DNA from: the human T2T-CHM13v2.0 reference genome, Homo sapiens
DNA length: 64,000 nucleotides
Direction: 5' to 3' (one strand)
Assembly (NCBI RefSeq): GCF_009914755.1
Contig: NC_060927.1
In this document: positions 36,300 through 52,341 of the stretch, piece by piece
How positions within the stretch are numbered: the stretch's first letter is position 1
Layout of the letters: the number at the start of each line of letters is the position of its first letter
Program-made: the position numbers and the translations under genes
The notes under the pieces: model-generated
What the model saw: the letters and a program-made list of their open reading frames with translations, nothing else
The model's database searches: none
Told to the model about the DNA's origin: nothing

Positions 36300-37400
36300 C
36301 TCACCTGTGCTATTCGCCTAACCGCCCCCTTCTGCTCCGAGTCCTCACTCCCCAAACAACCTTCGCGGTTGTTTGACACAAAACTAGCGCTTCAGCCCGG
36401 GTCGATTTTGGGGGATGGAGGAATTACCTACAGCTTAAATCGAGTCTGTGCCCGACGTGATTCTAAGCTTTACTCTTACTGCCTCATTTAACCCTCACAA
36501 CCACCTTGTAAGGCAAGAATTACCAGCTTTAGTATACAAATAAAGAATCGGAGGCGCTGAGACATTAAAGGAGAAGCCAAAGAACACAAAGCCTGGGGAG
36601 CTGGGACTGGAGGCAGTTTTGTCCGATCCCCAAACCCTTACGCAGGGATTTTTAATTGGCGCGACCCTGTCCCAGATGGCTCCTCCCCGACAAGGGTCAG
36701 TCTGACCACTTTTAGGCCCAGGTGAGGTCAAGTCCGGGGTACTCCGGGAAGGGGCTCACGCCGACGCCTCTGAGAGCCCCGAGAGCCACTCACCTTACTC
36801 AGTCGCCGGCCTCCCACCAGCAGCCAGCCGGGCCAGGTTAGGCTGGGATCAGCTACGTCAGGCCCCGCCTCCGCGACCGTTACCACCGCCGGGGGAGGGC
36901 GGCCAATCGAGCCCGAGCGCGTCGAGGGCCAGCCCCTCTTTGGCCTGCGAATGCCCCCAAACGATTCTCTCCAGCCTCTCCGGGAAGCTGGGTCCGCCCC
37001 GCTCCCTCCGGTTGGCTCACTACGGGGGGCGGGGCTTACCGCAAACGAAGGCGTCGGTGCGATGTGCTGGTCTCGGGCACGCTGGCGCTTCCAACGCACT
37101 CCTTGGGTGCCCTGTCACTTACATGGAGGCTTATTTGCCCGGAAGACGTCAGAAATACTTGTGGCCGTGGGTGAAAGTGAAGCCTGGGTTACCTGGCCAC
37201 CAGAGACTGCCCTCTCTCTCGCCCCCTACCCCGCCGCGACTACGAGCCCTTGCTGGGGTACGGGTCAGCATGTTCTCGATGTTCCAGACCTGAATGACCA
37301 CTGTAGCAGCTGACATTTGGAGGACCCCAATAAATATTTGTTGACGACAGTTCATCTTCCCATTCAGCATTTTCCACATCTCGACGAAGCGTCAGGCCCT
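36300..37400. promoter_or_regulatory. CEP70: CEP70 CpG island / promoter
   Basis: High CpG density; GC boxes (CCGCCC, GGGCGG); CCAAT at ~36903; CRE-like ACGTCA at ~36855 and ~37146; ETS CCGGAAG at ~37139. Confidence 0.85.
36794..36880 (-). other. CEP70: CEP70 exon 1 (non-coding; start approximate)
   Basis: Consensus donor AAG|GTGAGT at 36794/36793 inside the CpG island; the TSS cannot be fixed from sequence. Confidence 0.75.
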
Positions 37401-38762
37401 ACCTGAGGCTGTAGCTGTCCACCATTGTCATTGTATCTTATAGCCACATGGTGTCGCTGTTGACAACTTGTCTTTTCAAATCAGTCAAATGATGTAGGTC
37501 TGTGTTACAGTCAAATGTTGCAACAGACTGTGTTGCAGTCAAATGATGCAGGTCCCACAGTAGCCAACAGGGATGTCCCATCTAGGGCATCAGCCAAGGG
37601 TCTCTCATCAGGAGATCCAAGGGCTCTTGGAGCTCAATACTTTCAGACCCTTCTTAGCCTTCTTCCAGGCAGCTGGGACTACACTTAGGTTTGATCTCTG
37701 TGTTTGCCCCATGCAAACATGTCCCTACCCCAACCTACGCCTACCCACTGTGCTTTCCATACCTGGATATTCACTCTAACGACGGTTAGCAGATTGCATT
37801 TTCAGTTCTCAAAATGCAAATAGTCTCAGTGCTTCCCTTTTCCAAGATAATAGGGTGCCCTTGCATACTCTTCTGAGAATGGCTGCCCTAATTGTAGAGG
37901 CCAAACATCTTTGAGTCAGTTATTATTATTTTGGATGCACGTGATATAGAATCTGAGTTAAACTGTCTTCCTAAAAAATAAAGAAGTTGCTTATCTCGCA
38001 TAACAGAAAGCTCAGAGGCAAGGGAGACTTTGATTAATTCAGTGGCTAAGCAAGTTAACAAGGACCCAGTTGCTATTAGTCTCTGCTTTGTTGTAAAAAA
38101 AAAAAAGGGTAGACTTCAAATTCATACTAACGTGATTTTCCAGATGTCTACTTGGAGAAATCAGGACCACATACTTTCTTTTTCATCTAAAACCTTTCCT
38201 TCTGGTTTTTTGAGCCGATAAGTTCACACAGGCACACACTCTTCCTCTTTACCAGTAACTGCCTGGGAAATGTACAGACAGCTTAAGCCTGGGTTCCAGA
38301 AGTGAAAAGGAGCTATGACAATTGGAATTGGCAATGGTGTCAGTGCTCTTTGAGTCACATGAGTTGCAAGGTGGAGACATGGCTATTTGAATAAAACTGG
38401 AGACCTGTAAAGGAGAAGAGGAAAATGGATGCTAGATGGATGATCACCAGTATCTTTCAGTCTTCAAAGCACAAGAAGGCTGATTCCTCTCTATTTTCTA
38501 ACTGAATTTTTTATGTGGTGAATGGAGGGGAAGAGTTGCTATAGCACTGCCCTCCAAAACAATTCCCTTCTTATGGACCATGAAAGCCTTTCCAGCACCT
38601 CTCTTTGCTAGAGAAGGAAAACATCCCTGCACACAAACTTAGTCTTTCACTGAGAATCCTGCTACATTGGTCTCAAGAGTTTTCTATGGGCCTCATCTAC
38701 CCAATAGAATTCTAATAATTCTAAACATTCATTTAACATTCATTCATTTATAAAAATGTGTT

Positions 38763-39055
<293 letters not shown>

Positions 39056-39416
39056 TTTTTTTTTGTTAAGCACCTGTTTTGTACCAGGGATTGAACTAGA
39101 TGCTGAGTCAGATTTATAAGTGGGGGAGTTTACAATAGTAAGTAAGCCCAGTTGTGATTCCTGCCTTCGTGGATCTTATAGTCTAACTGCGGAGAAAATA
39201 TGAAACAAATGCAATTAAGTATATATTATTAATATAATAAGTGATATCAAAGAAGAGAAGAGGGGCTATGGAGGAAGCCTCTCTGATGAAGTGACACTTA
39301 AGTTGAAAGCCAAGCATGTCTTCATTTCGGCTTTCTGCTTTCCTCTGTACTTTGGCTTCCTAGCATAAATTATAACTTTCATTAGCAGTTAAAACACATC
39401 TTTTATTTCTCAACTT

Positions 39417-39712
39417 CTTTTTTTTTTTTTTGAGACGGGAGTCTCGCTCTTGCCCAGGCTATAGTGCAGTGGCGTGATCGTGGCTCACTGCAAGCTCCGC
39501 CCCCCAGTTCACGCCATTCTCCTGCCTCAGCCTCCCGAGTAGCTGTGACTACAGGCGCCTGCCACCACGCCTGGCTAATTTTTTTTTTTTTTTGGTATTT
39601 TTAGGGGTTTCACTGTGTTAGCCAGGATGGTATCAATCTCTTGACCTTGTGATCCACCTGCTTCGGCCTCCCAAAGTGCTGGGATTACAGGCGTGAGCCA
39701 CTGCACCCGGCC
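39417..39712 (-). mobile_element. AluY-like
   Basis: Antisense Alu; TSD ATTTCTCAACTTCT. Confidence 0.88.
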
Positions 39713-40007
39713 TAATTTCTCAACTTCTAAACTGATTCTCAAATTTTCTTCTGGGTATAGAACTGTCATATTTCTCCCTAGAAAAACATGAGTATATCAT
39801 ATGTAATGGTAATCATGATGAATTCTCAAAGATTCTTCAACTCATAAGTTTTTTAGACTTAGATTCCTTTATTACATGAATACATTTGTTTCTGCCTTTT
39901 CCACAAGAATTTGAACCCCTGGGAACATGAACCATGTCTTACTAAACTTCATCCTGCAGCTAGCATATTTCCTTGGTGCACAGTAGGTGCTAAACACAGC
40001 TTTGAAC

Positions 40008-40489
40008 TGTAGCAGGACTAACCACAGACAAAACCTCTCAGACGCTGAGTTGTATAAGGAAGGGCTTTATTCAGCTGGGAGCATCAGCAAGCTACTGCCT
40101 TAAAATCCAAGCTCCCTGAGTGCACAATGTCTGTCCCTTTTAAGGGCTCACAACACTAAAGATTTCACATGAAAGGGTTGTGATTGATTTGAGCAAGCAG
40201 GGGGTATGTGACAGGGACTGCATGTACTGGTGGTCAGAGAGAAACAGAACAGGGCAGGGAGTTTCACAATGTTCTTCTATACAATGTCTGGAATCTATGA
40301 ATAACATCGGTTTCTAAGTTATGAGTTGATTTTTAACTACTGGGTTTAGGCCAGGCAGGCCCAGGCCTGGTTTCGGGCCAGGCGCCGGGCTGCCTGTCTT
40401 TGGTTTTACTTCCTTGTTGTTTTTTCTTAAAACAGGTACTGAGTATAAAACAATATAAAATAATATGAGAGGGTCTTTCTCTTCTTTCA
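40008..40489 (-). mobile_element. Solo LTR of the HERV-E/Harlequin group (LTR2B-like), 482 bp
   Basis: TG...CA termini; 4-bp TSD GAAC at 40004-40007 and 40490-40493; minus-strand AATAAA; LTR2-type end GTCCTGCTACA. Confidence 0.8.
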
Positions 40490-40619
40490 GAACTACATTG
40501 TTAAATTTGAGTCAAATTTATTCAGAGCATTCACCTTCAGTAGTCATTTTCCAATGTGAAGGACAATATGCAAACAGCTGAGGCAAATATATTAATGACA
40601 AATGCTCAATAATCCATAC

Positions 40620-40890
40620 AGAATAACAATAGTTATGTTAATTGGGCACTTAAAATGTGCTAGGCTCCGAGCTAAGCACTTTCATTTTCTAACTTGTTGA
40701 ATCTTCGCAACAACCTTAATATAAGTACTGTTATTATCTGTTTTACAAATGAGCAAGTTAGGAAATAGAAGCCAAAAAAATTTTGAAATGATTTGCCACG
40801 GTCACACACTAGTATATGGCAAAGCCAGGATCTGAACCTAGGCATTCAGGCTCCAAAGCCTATGTCATTAACCACTTGACCATACCACTT
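40620..40890 (-). mobile_element. MIR
   Basis: TTTTACAAATGAG...GGTCACACACTAGTA...GGATCTGAACCTAGG. Confidence 0.65.
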
Positions 40891-40982
40891 CTTGTGACAG
40901 ACATCTGCTTTACCATCAGATTGGTATATGCATTTATTACAATTTGCAATTATTTACTGTGTATTAGTTATTGCTAATGTCT

Positions 40983-41502
40983 GTGTATTAGTTATCTATT
41001 GGTACATAAAAATTACCCTAAAACATAGCAGCTTAAAATAAACATTTATCATCACAATGTTTCTGTGGGTCAGGAATACAGTAGGGCTTAGCTGGATGGT
41101 CTGGACAAGATCTTTCATGGGGTTTCAGTCAACCTTTTGGTCTGGGCTACTGTCATCTCAAGGTTCAGGTGGGGCTAAAGGATTCACATTCAAACTCACT
41201 CATGCGGCTATTGGCAAGCCTCAGTTCATTCCTCCTCAAGTGGGCCTTTCCCCAGGCTGCCTTAGTGTCCTCATAACATGGCAGCTTCCCACAGAGTACA
41301 CAGCCCAAAGACAGCATGTGAGCAACTAAAACAGAAACCGCAGTCTTTTTTATAACCTAATCTCAGAAGTTACATATCACTACTTCTGCCATATGCTATT
41401 GGTCACATAGACCAACCGTGGTAAAATGTGAGAGGACTACACAAGGAGATGAATACCATGAAGTGGGGATCCCTGGGGCCCATCTTGAAGAATGGCTACC
41501 AC
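40983..41502. mobile_element. MLT1-type MaLR LTR
   Basis: TGTATTAGTTATCTATTG...TCTGTGGGTCAGGAAT...GGCTACCACA. Confidence 0.6.
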
Positions 41503-41754
41503 AATTTATTTGTACATATTTTTGTGACTACCTCCTCCACTAGAATGTAAGTGTCATGAGTGGGAGAAATGATCAGTGTTGTTCACTGTTGTATTCCCTG
41601 CCACAGCACCTGCCAGGTAACAGATGACCAATAAGTACTGAGTAAATATAATGATGAAAGTGATATGAATTCCAGAGGATGAGCTCCCTATAATCCTCTC
41701 TTAATGTCAAACAAATTCCCAGTTGCCATTAATGGTACCATTTAAAGCTATATA

Positions 41755-41878
41755 TTTCTTTCAGAGACATGGTCTCACTGTGTTGCCCAGACTGGTCTCA
41801 AACTCCCGGCCTCAAGTAGTCCTCCCATCTCAGCCTCCCAAAGCACTGGGATTACAGGCATGAGCCCCTGTGTCCAAC
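41755..41878 (-). mobile_element. FLAM / Alu left monomer
   Basis: Single antisense monomer. Confidence 0.75.
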
Positions 41879-42245
41879 CCATTTAAATAATTTTTAAAAG
41901 CAGGAGAATATCATGCCCAAGAACATTTATTCATGTATATAAAATTATAGACTGTGGACTTGGAAGGAACACACAGATTAAAAGATCTGTTTTAACAGCT
42001 AATGAAGGCTATAATTTATACTAGGAAGTCTAACACAGTCTACACACCAAACTCAAGGGAATGTTGGCCTTTTGGAAGGAGAAAAGAGTAATAGTATTGG
42101 GATTTTCTTCTATTAAAATTTTAATACTAAGTCAATATTTAATGATGGTCAATTCTGGGAGGCAGGAATATGTGTATTATTCTCTGTATTTTTCTATAGC
42201 TTTAAAATTTCTCAAACAAGATAAAAAATGTTAAAAGTCTTGACC

Positions 42246-42843
<598 letters not shown>

Positions 42844-43356
42844 AGGTCTTGACCAATTGGAACACGTGTCTGTACTGCCTTCCTTTGCCTCTTGCTCTAA
42901 TTAAGGCTGTACTATAAATTCCAGTCTCCAGATAACTCAGACCAGTACCTATTTTCTCCTGAAATTGTCCAAGCTTTTCTGGTCTGAAGTTCTACACAAT
43001 CACCTTACTTGGCTGCTTGTTCCCTTTCCGTATTTTTGTAGAGACAGCCACAGCCTCCTTGTGCTGAGAAAGAAGTGCCTAAGCAGCGGCAGCCTGGCCA
43101 GCACTGGGAGACTGTGGTTACTGGCACTGGTTCTGTCACACAACCCTCTAAGGCGGGCGCAGAAGCCAGAATCCTGGGCCCTGGGGCTTGTTTCTAAAGT
43201 GCTAATGCCTCTTCCTTGAACACATAGCCAACAGTCATGCTAGACCAATGCTGGAAGGGAACATGGAAAATGTTAAAATTTGTAGATATCAGATTAACTT
43301 TTCCTTTTTATTTTGGTCTCCATGCTGTTTAAAAAGTAAGCTCAGAAAATCAACCA

Positions 43357-43665
43357 AGCTAAGGGAGGTGGTGCATGCCTACAGTCCCACTACTCGGGAG
43401 GCAGAGGCAGAAGGATTGCTTGAGCCCAGGAATTCAAGACTAGCCTGAGCAATATAGCCTGTGAAGAAGAGGAAGAAAAGAAGAAGAAAGGAAAAAGAAG
43501 GAGGAGAAGGAGGGAGGAGGGGGAGGAGGAGAAGGAGGGAGGAGGGGGAGGAGGAAAAGAAAAAGAAGGAAAGGGGAAGAAGAAAGGAAGCAGAAAGAAG
43601 AAAGAAAAAGAAGAAGAGAAGGAGGAGGTTGGGAGAAAGGGAGAGAGAGAGAAAGAAAGAAAATC
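43357..43665 (+). repeat. FLAM monomer followed by a ~200-bp GA-rich low-complexity tract
   Basis: Alu monomer, then a nearly pure purine run (GAA/GGA units). Confidence 0.85.
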
Positions 43666-43751
43666 AGTCAATCCATTAACAATTCCCTTTTCAAAAGAAG
43701 GACCAATGAAAACATGGACTATTGTGAATGAAAGTGCTTTTAGCTGCTCTC

Positions 43752-44054
43752 TTTTTTTATTTTTATTTTTTGAGACGGAGTTTTGCTCTTGTTGCCCAGG
43801 CTAGAGTGCAATGGTGCAATCTCGGCTCACCACAACCTCCGCCTCCCCGGGTTCAAGCGATTCTCCTGCCTCAGCCTCCTGAGCAGCTGGGATTACAGGC
43901 ATGTGCCACCACGCCCGGCTAATTTTGTATTTTTAGTAGAGATGGGGTTTCTCCATGTTGGCCAGGCTGTTCTCGAACTCCTGACCTCAGGTGATCCACC
44001 CACCTCGGCCTCCCAAAGTGCTGGGATTACAGGCGTGAGCCACCGCACCCAGCC
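43752..44054 (-). mobile_element. Alu (AluSp type)
   Basis: Antisense full Alu; TSD TTAGCTGCTCTCTT. Confidence 0.9.
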
Positions 44055-45918
44055 TTAGCTGCTCTCTTAAAATAAATCAGTGATGTCTATGGGGATGTTG
44101 CTGATAGGCAGTTTATGAAGTCAGAACAGCATCTAGGTACTTCCTGGGAAACAAGGTAACAATGTGAGAGTGAGATCACCTTCAAAAGCAGGATCAGCCT
44201 GAACAGGTATATTTTATATTGATGTTCAATACCTTCAACAATGTTCTGTTCAGACTTTGTTTCTCTCCATTAACAGTCCTGCCTGTCAGGTAATAAGTTA
44301 CTATTCCTACCTGATATGGTTTGGCTGTGTCTCCATTCAAATCTCAACTGAAGTATATCTCCCAGAATTTCCACACGTTGTGGGAGGGACCTAGTGGGAG
44401 GTAATTGAATCATGGAGACCAGTCTTTGCTGTGCTATTCTCATGATGGTGAATAAGTCTCACAAGATCTGATGGGTTTATCAGGGGTTTCTGCTTTTGCT
44501 TCTTCCTCATTTTCTCTTGCTGTTGCCATGTAAGAAGTACTTTTTGCCTCCCCCCATGATTCTGAGGCCTCCCCTGCCATGTGGAACTGTAAGTCCAGTT
44601 AAACCTCTTTTTGTTCCCAGTTTTGGGTATGTCTTTATCAGCGGCATGAAAATGAACTAATACAGTAAACTGGTACCAGTAGAGTGGGATGTTGCTGAAA
44701 AGATACCCGAAAATGTGGAAGCGACTTTGGAACTGGGTAACAGGCAGAGGTTGGAACACTTTGGATGTGGGAAAGTTTGGAACCTCCTAGAAATTTGTTG
44801 AATGGCTTCAACAAAAATGCTGATAGTGATATGAACAATAGGGTCCACGCTGAGGTGGTCTCAGATGGAGATGAGGAACTTGTTGGGAACTGGAGCAAAG
44901 GTGACTCTTGTTATGTTTTAGCAAAGAGACTGGTGGCATTTTGCCCCTGCCCTAGAAATTTGTGGAACTTTGAACTTGAAAGAGATGATTTAGGGTATCT
45001 GGTGGGAGAAATTTCTAAGCAGCAAAGCATTCAAAATGTCACTTGGGTGCTGTTAAAAGCATTCCACTTTAAAAGGGAAACAGAGCATAAAATTTCAGAA
45101 AATTTGCAGCCTGCTGATGCAGCAGAAAAGAAAAGCCCATTTGCTGAGAAGAAATTCAAGCCAGCTGCGGAAATTTGCGTAAGTAGCAAGGAGCCTAATG
45201 TTAATCCCCAAGACCATGGGGAAAATGTCTCCAGGCCATGTCAGAGACCTTCACAACAGTCCCTCCCATCACAGGCCCAGAGGCCCAGGAGGAAAAAGTG
45301 GTTTCATGGGCTGGGCCCAAGGTCCCCATGCTGTGTGCAGCCTAGGGACTTGGTACACTGTGTCCCAGCTGCTCCAGCCATGGCTGAAAGAGGCCAACAT
45401 AGAGCTTGGGCTGTGGCTTCAGAGGGTGGAAGCCTCAAGCCTTAGCAGCTTCCACATGGTGTTGCACCTGTGGGTGCACAGAAGTCGAGAAGTGAGGTTT
45501 GGGAACCCCCGCCTAGATTTCAGAAGATGTATGGAAATGCCTGGATGTCCAGGCAAAAGTTTGCTGCAGGGACGGGGCCCTCATGGAGAACCTCTGCTAG
45601 GGCAGTGCAGAAGGGAAATGTGGGGTGGGAGCCCCCACACAGGGTCCCTACTGGGGCACTGCCTAGTGGAGCTGTGAGAAAAGGGCCACTGTCCTCCAGA
45701 CCCCAGAATGGTAGATCCATTGACAGCTTGCACCATGAGCCTGGAAAGTCGCACTCAATGCCAGCCATGAAAGCAGCTGGGAGGTAGGCCGTACCTGCAA
45801 AGCCACAGGGGTGGAGCTACCCAAGACCATGGGAACCTACCTTTTGCATCAGCCTGACCTGGATGTGAGACCTGGAGTCAAAGGAGATCATTTTGGAGCT
45901 TTAAAATTTGATGGCCCA

Positions 45919-46220
<302 letters not shown>

Positions 46221-46343
46221 TCAAAAGCAAGCTAGTTACTTCCTAGATACAATGATGGCGGTACAGGTATTGGGTAAGTACAGCCATTCCAAATGGGAGA
46301 AATTGGCCAAAACAAAGGTGTTACAGGGCCCATACAAGTCTGA

Positions 46344-46685
<342 letters not shown>

Positions 46686-47912
46686 TAGGCGGAAGGGACT
46701 GCCTTGTCTCAGATGAGACTTTGGACTAGACTTTTGGGTTAATGCTGAAATTAATTAAGACTTTGGGGAACTGTTGGGAAGGCATAATTGACTTTGAAAT
46801 GTGAGGACATAAGATTTGGAGGTGCCAGGGGTGGAATGATATGGTTTATCTGTGTCCCCGTTCACCTCTCAACTGAATCGTGTCTCCCAGAATTTTGATG
46901 TGTTGTGGGAAGGACCTAAGGGGAGGTAATTGAATCATGGAGGCTGGTCTTTCCCATGCTATTCTCATGATAGTGAATAAGTCTCACAAGATCTGATGGG
47001 TTTATCAGGGGTTTCTGCTTTTGCTTCTTCCTCATTTTCTCTTGTTGCCACCATGTAAGTGCCCTTTCACCTCTCGCCATGATTCTGAGGCCTCCCCAGC
47101 CATATGGAACTGTAAGTGCAATTAAACCTCTTTTTGTTCCCAGTTTCGAGTATGTCTTTATCAGCAGCGTGAAAATGAACTAATATACTACGTCAGATGT
47201 CCTGGGCTTGTAGGATAGGTAGGTGGAAAATGCAGCCCAAACTGGTATGTTCCTCAATTCCAGGTACCCCAGAAACTATGCCCAGAGAGGAGACAGTGGC
47301 ACAGAACAAGCCAATGGAGGAATCGTGGACTGCCTTCCCTATTCTGGGCAGAGTTGGGTGTACCTCATGGGCAGGCCAGACTCTGCTGTACTCTGAAACC
47401 CCTGGGCAGAGGGGTTCCCAAGGCCTCTAAGAGTAGGCCCGGATTTTTCTTCAAGCACAATCAATACTTTTCTAGTAACAGGCTCTGTTAACATAAACTT
47501 TTCCAATCCCACAGGCCTGGCTCCCCATCTTGGCCCTGCAACTTCTGAAGGGCTTTGGGTCTTTTTGTAAAAGGAGGTAAACAGAATCATTGGGCTGTTG
47601 TGAGAACTAGAGGTAATGGCATATAAGTCACATAACAAGCATTTAATAAATTACACCTTATTGGTCTTGTAAAAGATATCCAGATTCTTCAAGTTTTTAA
47701 GAAAATATCCTTCATTCAATAATGTCTTTGAGCTGCTCCCCAACCAGGGTTTCCTGGTTCTAGCCCAGCAACTCAGGATTGTTTCTCAGAAGAAATAAAG
47801 ACTGAGAAATCAGCTAGCTGTTTCTCGTCTCTGGGAATTTCCACTCTGGAGCCTTTTACCTTTACCCCCAATTCATTATTTCAACAATCATTTATTGCAA
47901 ACTCTCTGTTCA

Positions 47913-48143
<231 letters not shown>

Positions 48144-48419
48144 TCAGGAAGCTTTCAGTAAAGGGTAGCAAACAAGAAAGCAGTGCTCACTAGGTAGAAT
48201 CCTTGTATCATAATTCGCTTGGTAATCAGCCTTTATCACTTTGCAGACTGGTTAACCTCATCAGTAGGTTGTTCCCTACTGTCTCTTAACTACTTTCTCT
48301 CACATATTTGCTTAGCACCTAAAAACTGCATCTATCCTACAAACCCCAAAGATGAAACAGTCCTTCTTTACATTAACATAAAGATGCAGAAAGAAATTAC
48401 ACAATAGGACCTAGATGTC

Positions 48420-49482
<1,063 letters not shown>

Positions 49483-49892
49483 CCCCCAAATATGCTGGGC
49501 CCTCAAAACCCTCCAAAATCCCTTCACTTATCTCTATTCTATGACTGGGCCTACTCTCCACAGGGACCATTCACTGCTCCTCACATGGCCCACTCAACAA
49601 CTTTTCTCGCTCTCTGTAGGCAACACTGTCTCCTCCTTAAATTGAAAATCAAGGCCACCTAAGACACTACCCAGGCCTGCTCTTCATTCATTCATTCATT
49701 TAATAAATATTTACCAGAGCTAACATGGGCCTGCACGGTACAGATGTGAGACATACAAGAATGAGAGCCAAGCGGCCATGGTCTCTGCCTTCATGGATCT
49801 CAGTCTACTGTTAAGTTACACATTAAGCAAAAATTACACAAATTATTGCACACCCTGAAAGGGGCTAGGAAGAAGAATCCCTGGTGCTGCAA

Positions 49893-50790
<898 letters not shown>

Positions 50791-51149
50791 AATGCTGCAA
50801 GTCTTATGGGCCAGGATAGTGTAATCTAAGAAATGATATATGAAGAACTCTCACAATAGGGAAGAGGTGAGGAGTGTCCAGGCAGAGAGAAGAGCATTTG
50901 CAGAGGCCCTGGGCGAGAAGAAACCTGCATCCTTTAAGGACCTAAATGAAGCCAAGCAGGCAGAGGCTAGATCACACATGGGGGCTTCATGCCCACCTTA
51001 AGTAGTTTGGGTCTTTAAAAAAGGAATGAGACTCATAAAGAGGTTTTAAGGAGCGAATGCTATTGCTGCCATGAACAGATATTCCTTCCCCATAGCTGCA
51101 GAGCAGGCACAGGGCTGTTTTTGCCCGCCAGTATGTCCCCACCGTCTAG

Positions 51150-52020
51150 CCCAGAGCGGGGCCAGCGGCCGGCTCCTACCCACACTTGCTGGCAGGAAGA
51201 CTGGACGCACTGCGGGACATGGTGATGTCCTGGGTTGGGGCTGAGGAAGGCCTATGCGCGGAGGGTGCGGCCTTCGGCTAAGGCAGAGGACCAGGGTTGG
51301 GTCCGTGGCGGCGGGAGGGGTGGCCTCCTGCGCTGGTCGCCCCAGGGGACCTGAGAGGCGCGACAAACAGTCGGCGCGTTTGGTACTCGCGCCTGCAGAG
51401 CTTTCAACCTCCGCGCCGGCTGCGCCTGTTTCTCGGCCAGGGGAGCAAGGCCACGCGGCCTACGCAGCCGAGTCGGAACCAACCGGTTGTTTGGTGAAAC
51501 CTACCCCAGAGCCTCCCGCGGCCCACAGAGCACAGGTGAGGCAGCAGACCGGGTGGGGTCGGTGTCGCGCCTGCGCCCGCCCGGACGCCTCGGGCCCGCC
51601 CGCTCCGCACCCTGGAAACCCCTGCACTCAGCCCCCCGGCGTCCCCACGCTCTCGGCCCTGCTGCGCCGGCGGCGGCCATCTCTGGGCGGCGGCGGCGGG
51701 CGGTGTCTGCGCGGTCGGTGAGACCCGCGCGGGTGAGACGCTGGGTGAGTTCCGGACGCTTCCAGCCGGCCCGCCGGTGATCCCAGACCTCGGGGCGGGA
51801 CGCGGCTCCCGCTCACCGCCGGCAAAGGTGGAGGTGCGGCGGGGCGCGGGGCGCGGGGCCAGCCCGGGGCGGTGCGGGGGCGTCCCTGCCTAGCGAGGCC
51901 CTGCCCCGCGACCTGCCGCACCCTCCTCCGGCCTGTTCGCGACCTCTAAAGATAATACTTCTCACTGTCGAAAACGTGGAACAGAAAGCAAGGAAGCAAG
52001 CAAAGCAGCCGTGCCGCTGC
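51150..52020. promoter_or_regulatory. FAIM: FAIM CpG island / promoter
   Basis: Very high CpG/GC content; GC boxes; YY1-like GCGGCCATCT at ~51673; G4-like GGGG runs at 51841-51880. Confidence 0.88.
51370..51535 (+). other. FAIM: FAIM exon 1 (non-coding; start approximate)
   Basis: Donor CAG|GTGAGG at 51535/51536 in the CpG island; no ATG in the segment. Confidence 0.72.
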
Positions 52021-52127
52021 TCCCCAGAGACAAGCTGCGTTAACATGAGGGTGTATATTCTTCCAGATGGTTTTTCCTTGTAACATGAGCGGGGCTTGTT
52101 TTTGCAGAACCTGCATCATAAAGTGCT

Positions 52128-52131
<4 letters not shown>

Positions 52132-52184
<53 letters not shown>

Positions 52185-52203
52185 TCTCTCTCCCTCCCTC
52201 TCC

Positions 52204-52264
<61 letters not shown>

Positions 52265-52296
52265 ACTCTCTCTCTCTCGACTCTCTCTCTCTCTCT

Positions 52297-52339
<43 letters not shown>

Positions 52340-52341
52340 AC
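52132..52341 (+). repeat. Long (CT)n microsatellite with CGA interruptions
   Basis: About 210 bp of nearly pure CT dinucleotide. Confidence 0.97.

Noticed and set aside
36728-37313. 117-123 aa ORFs in the CEP70 CpG island (likewise 51046-52046 at FAIM)
   Set aside because: Expected by chance in GC-rich, stop-poor sequence; low-complexity products
37480-37556. Three CAGTCAAATG units resembling a small repeat array
   Set aside because: Short local duplication without unique spacers; not CRISPR-like, and no functional clue
44765-45787. 226-aa and neighbouring ORFs as a novel gene
   Set aside because: Standard remnant ORF of the THE1 internal region
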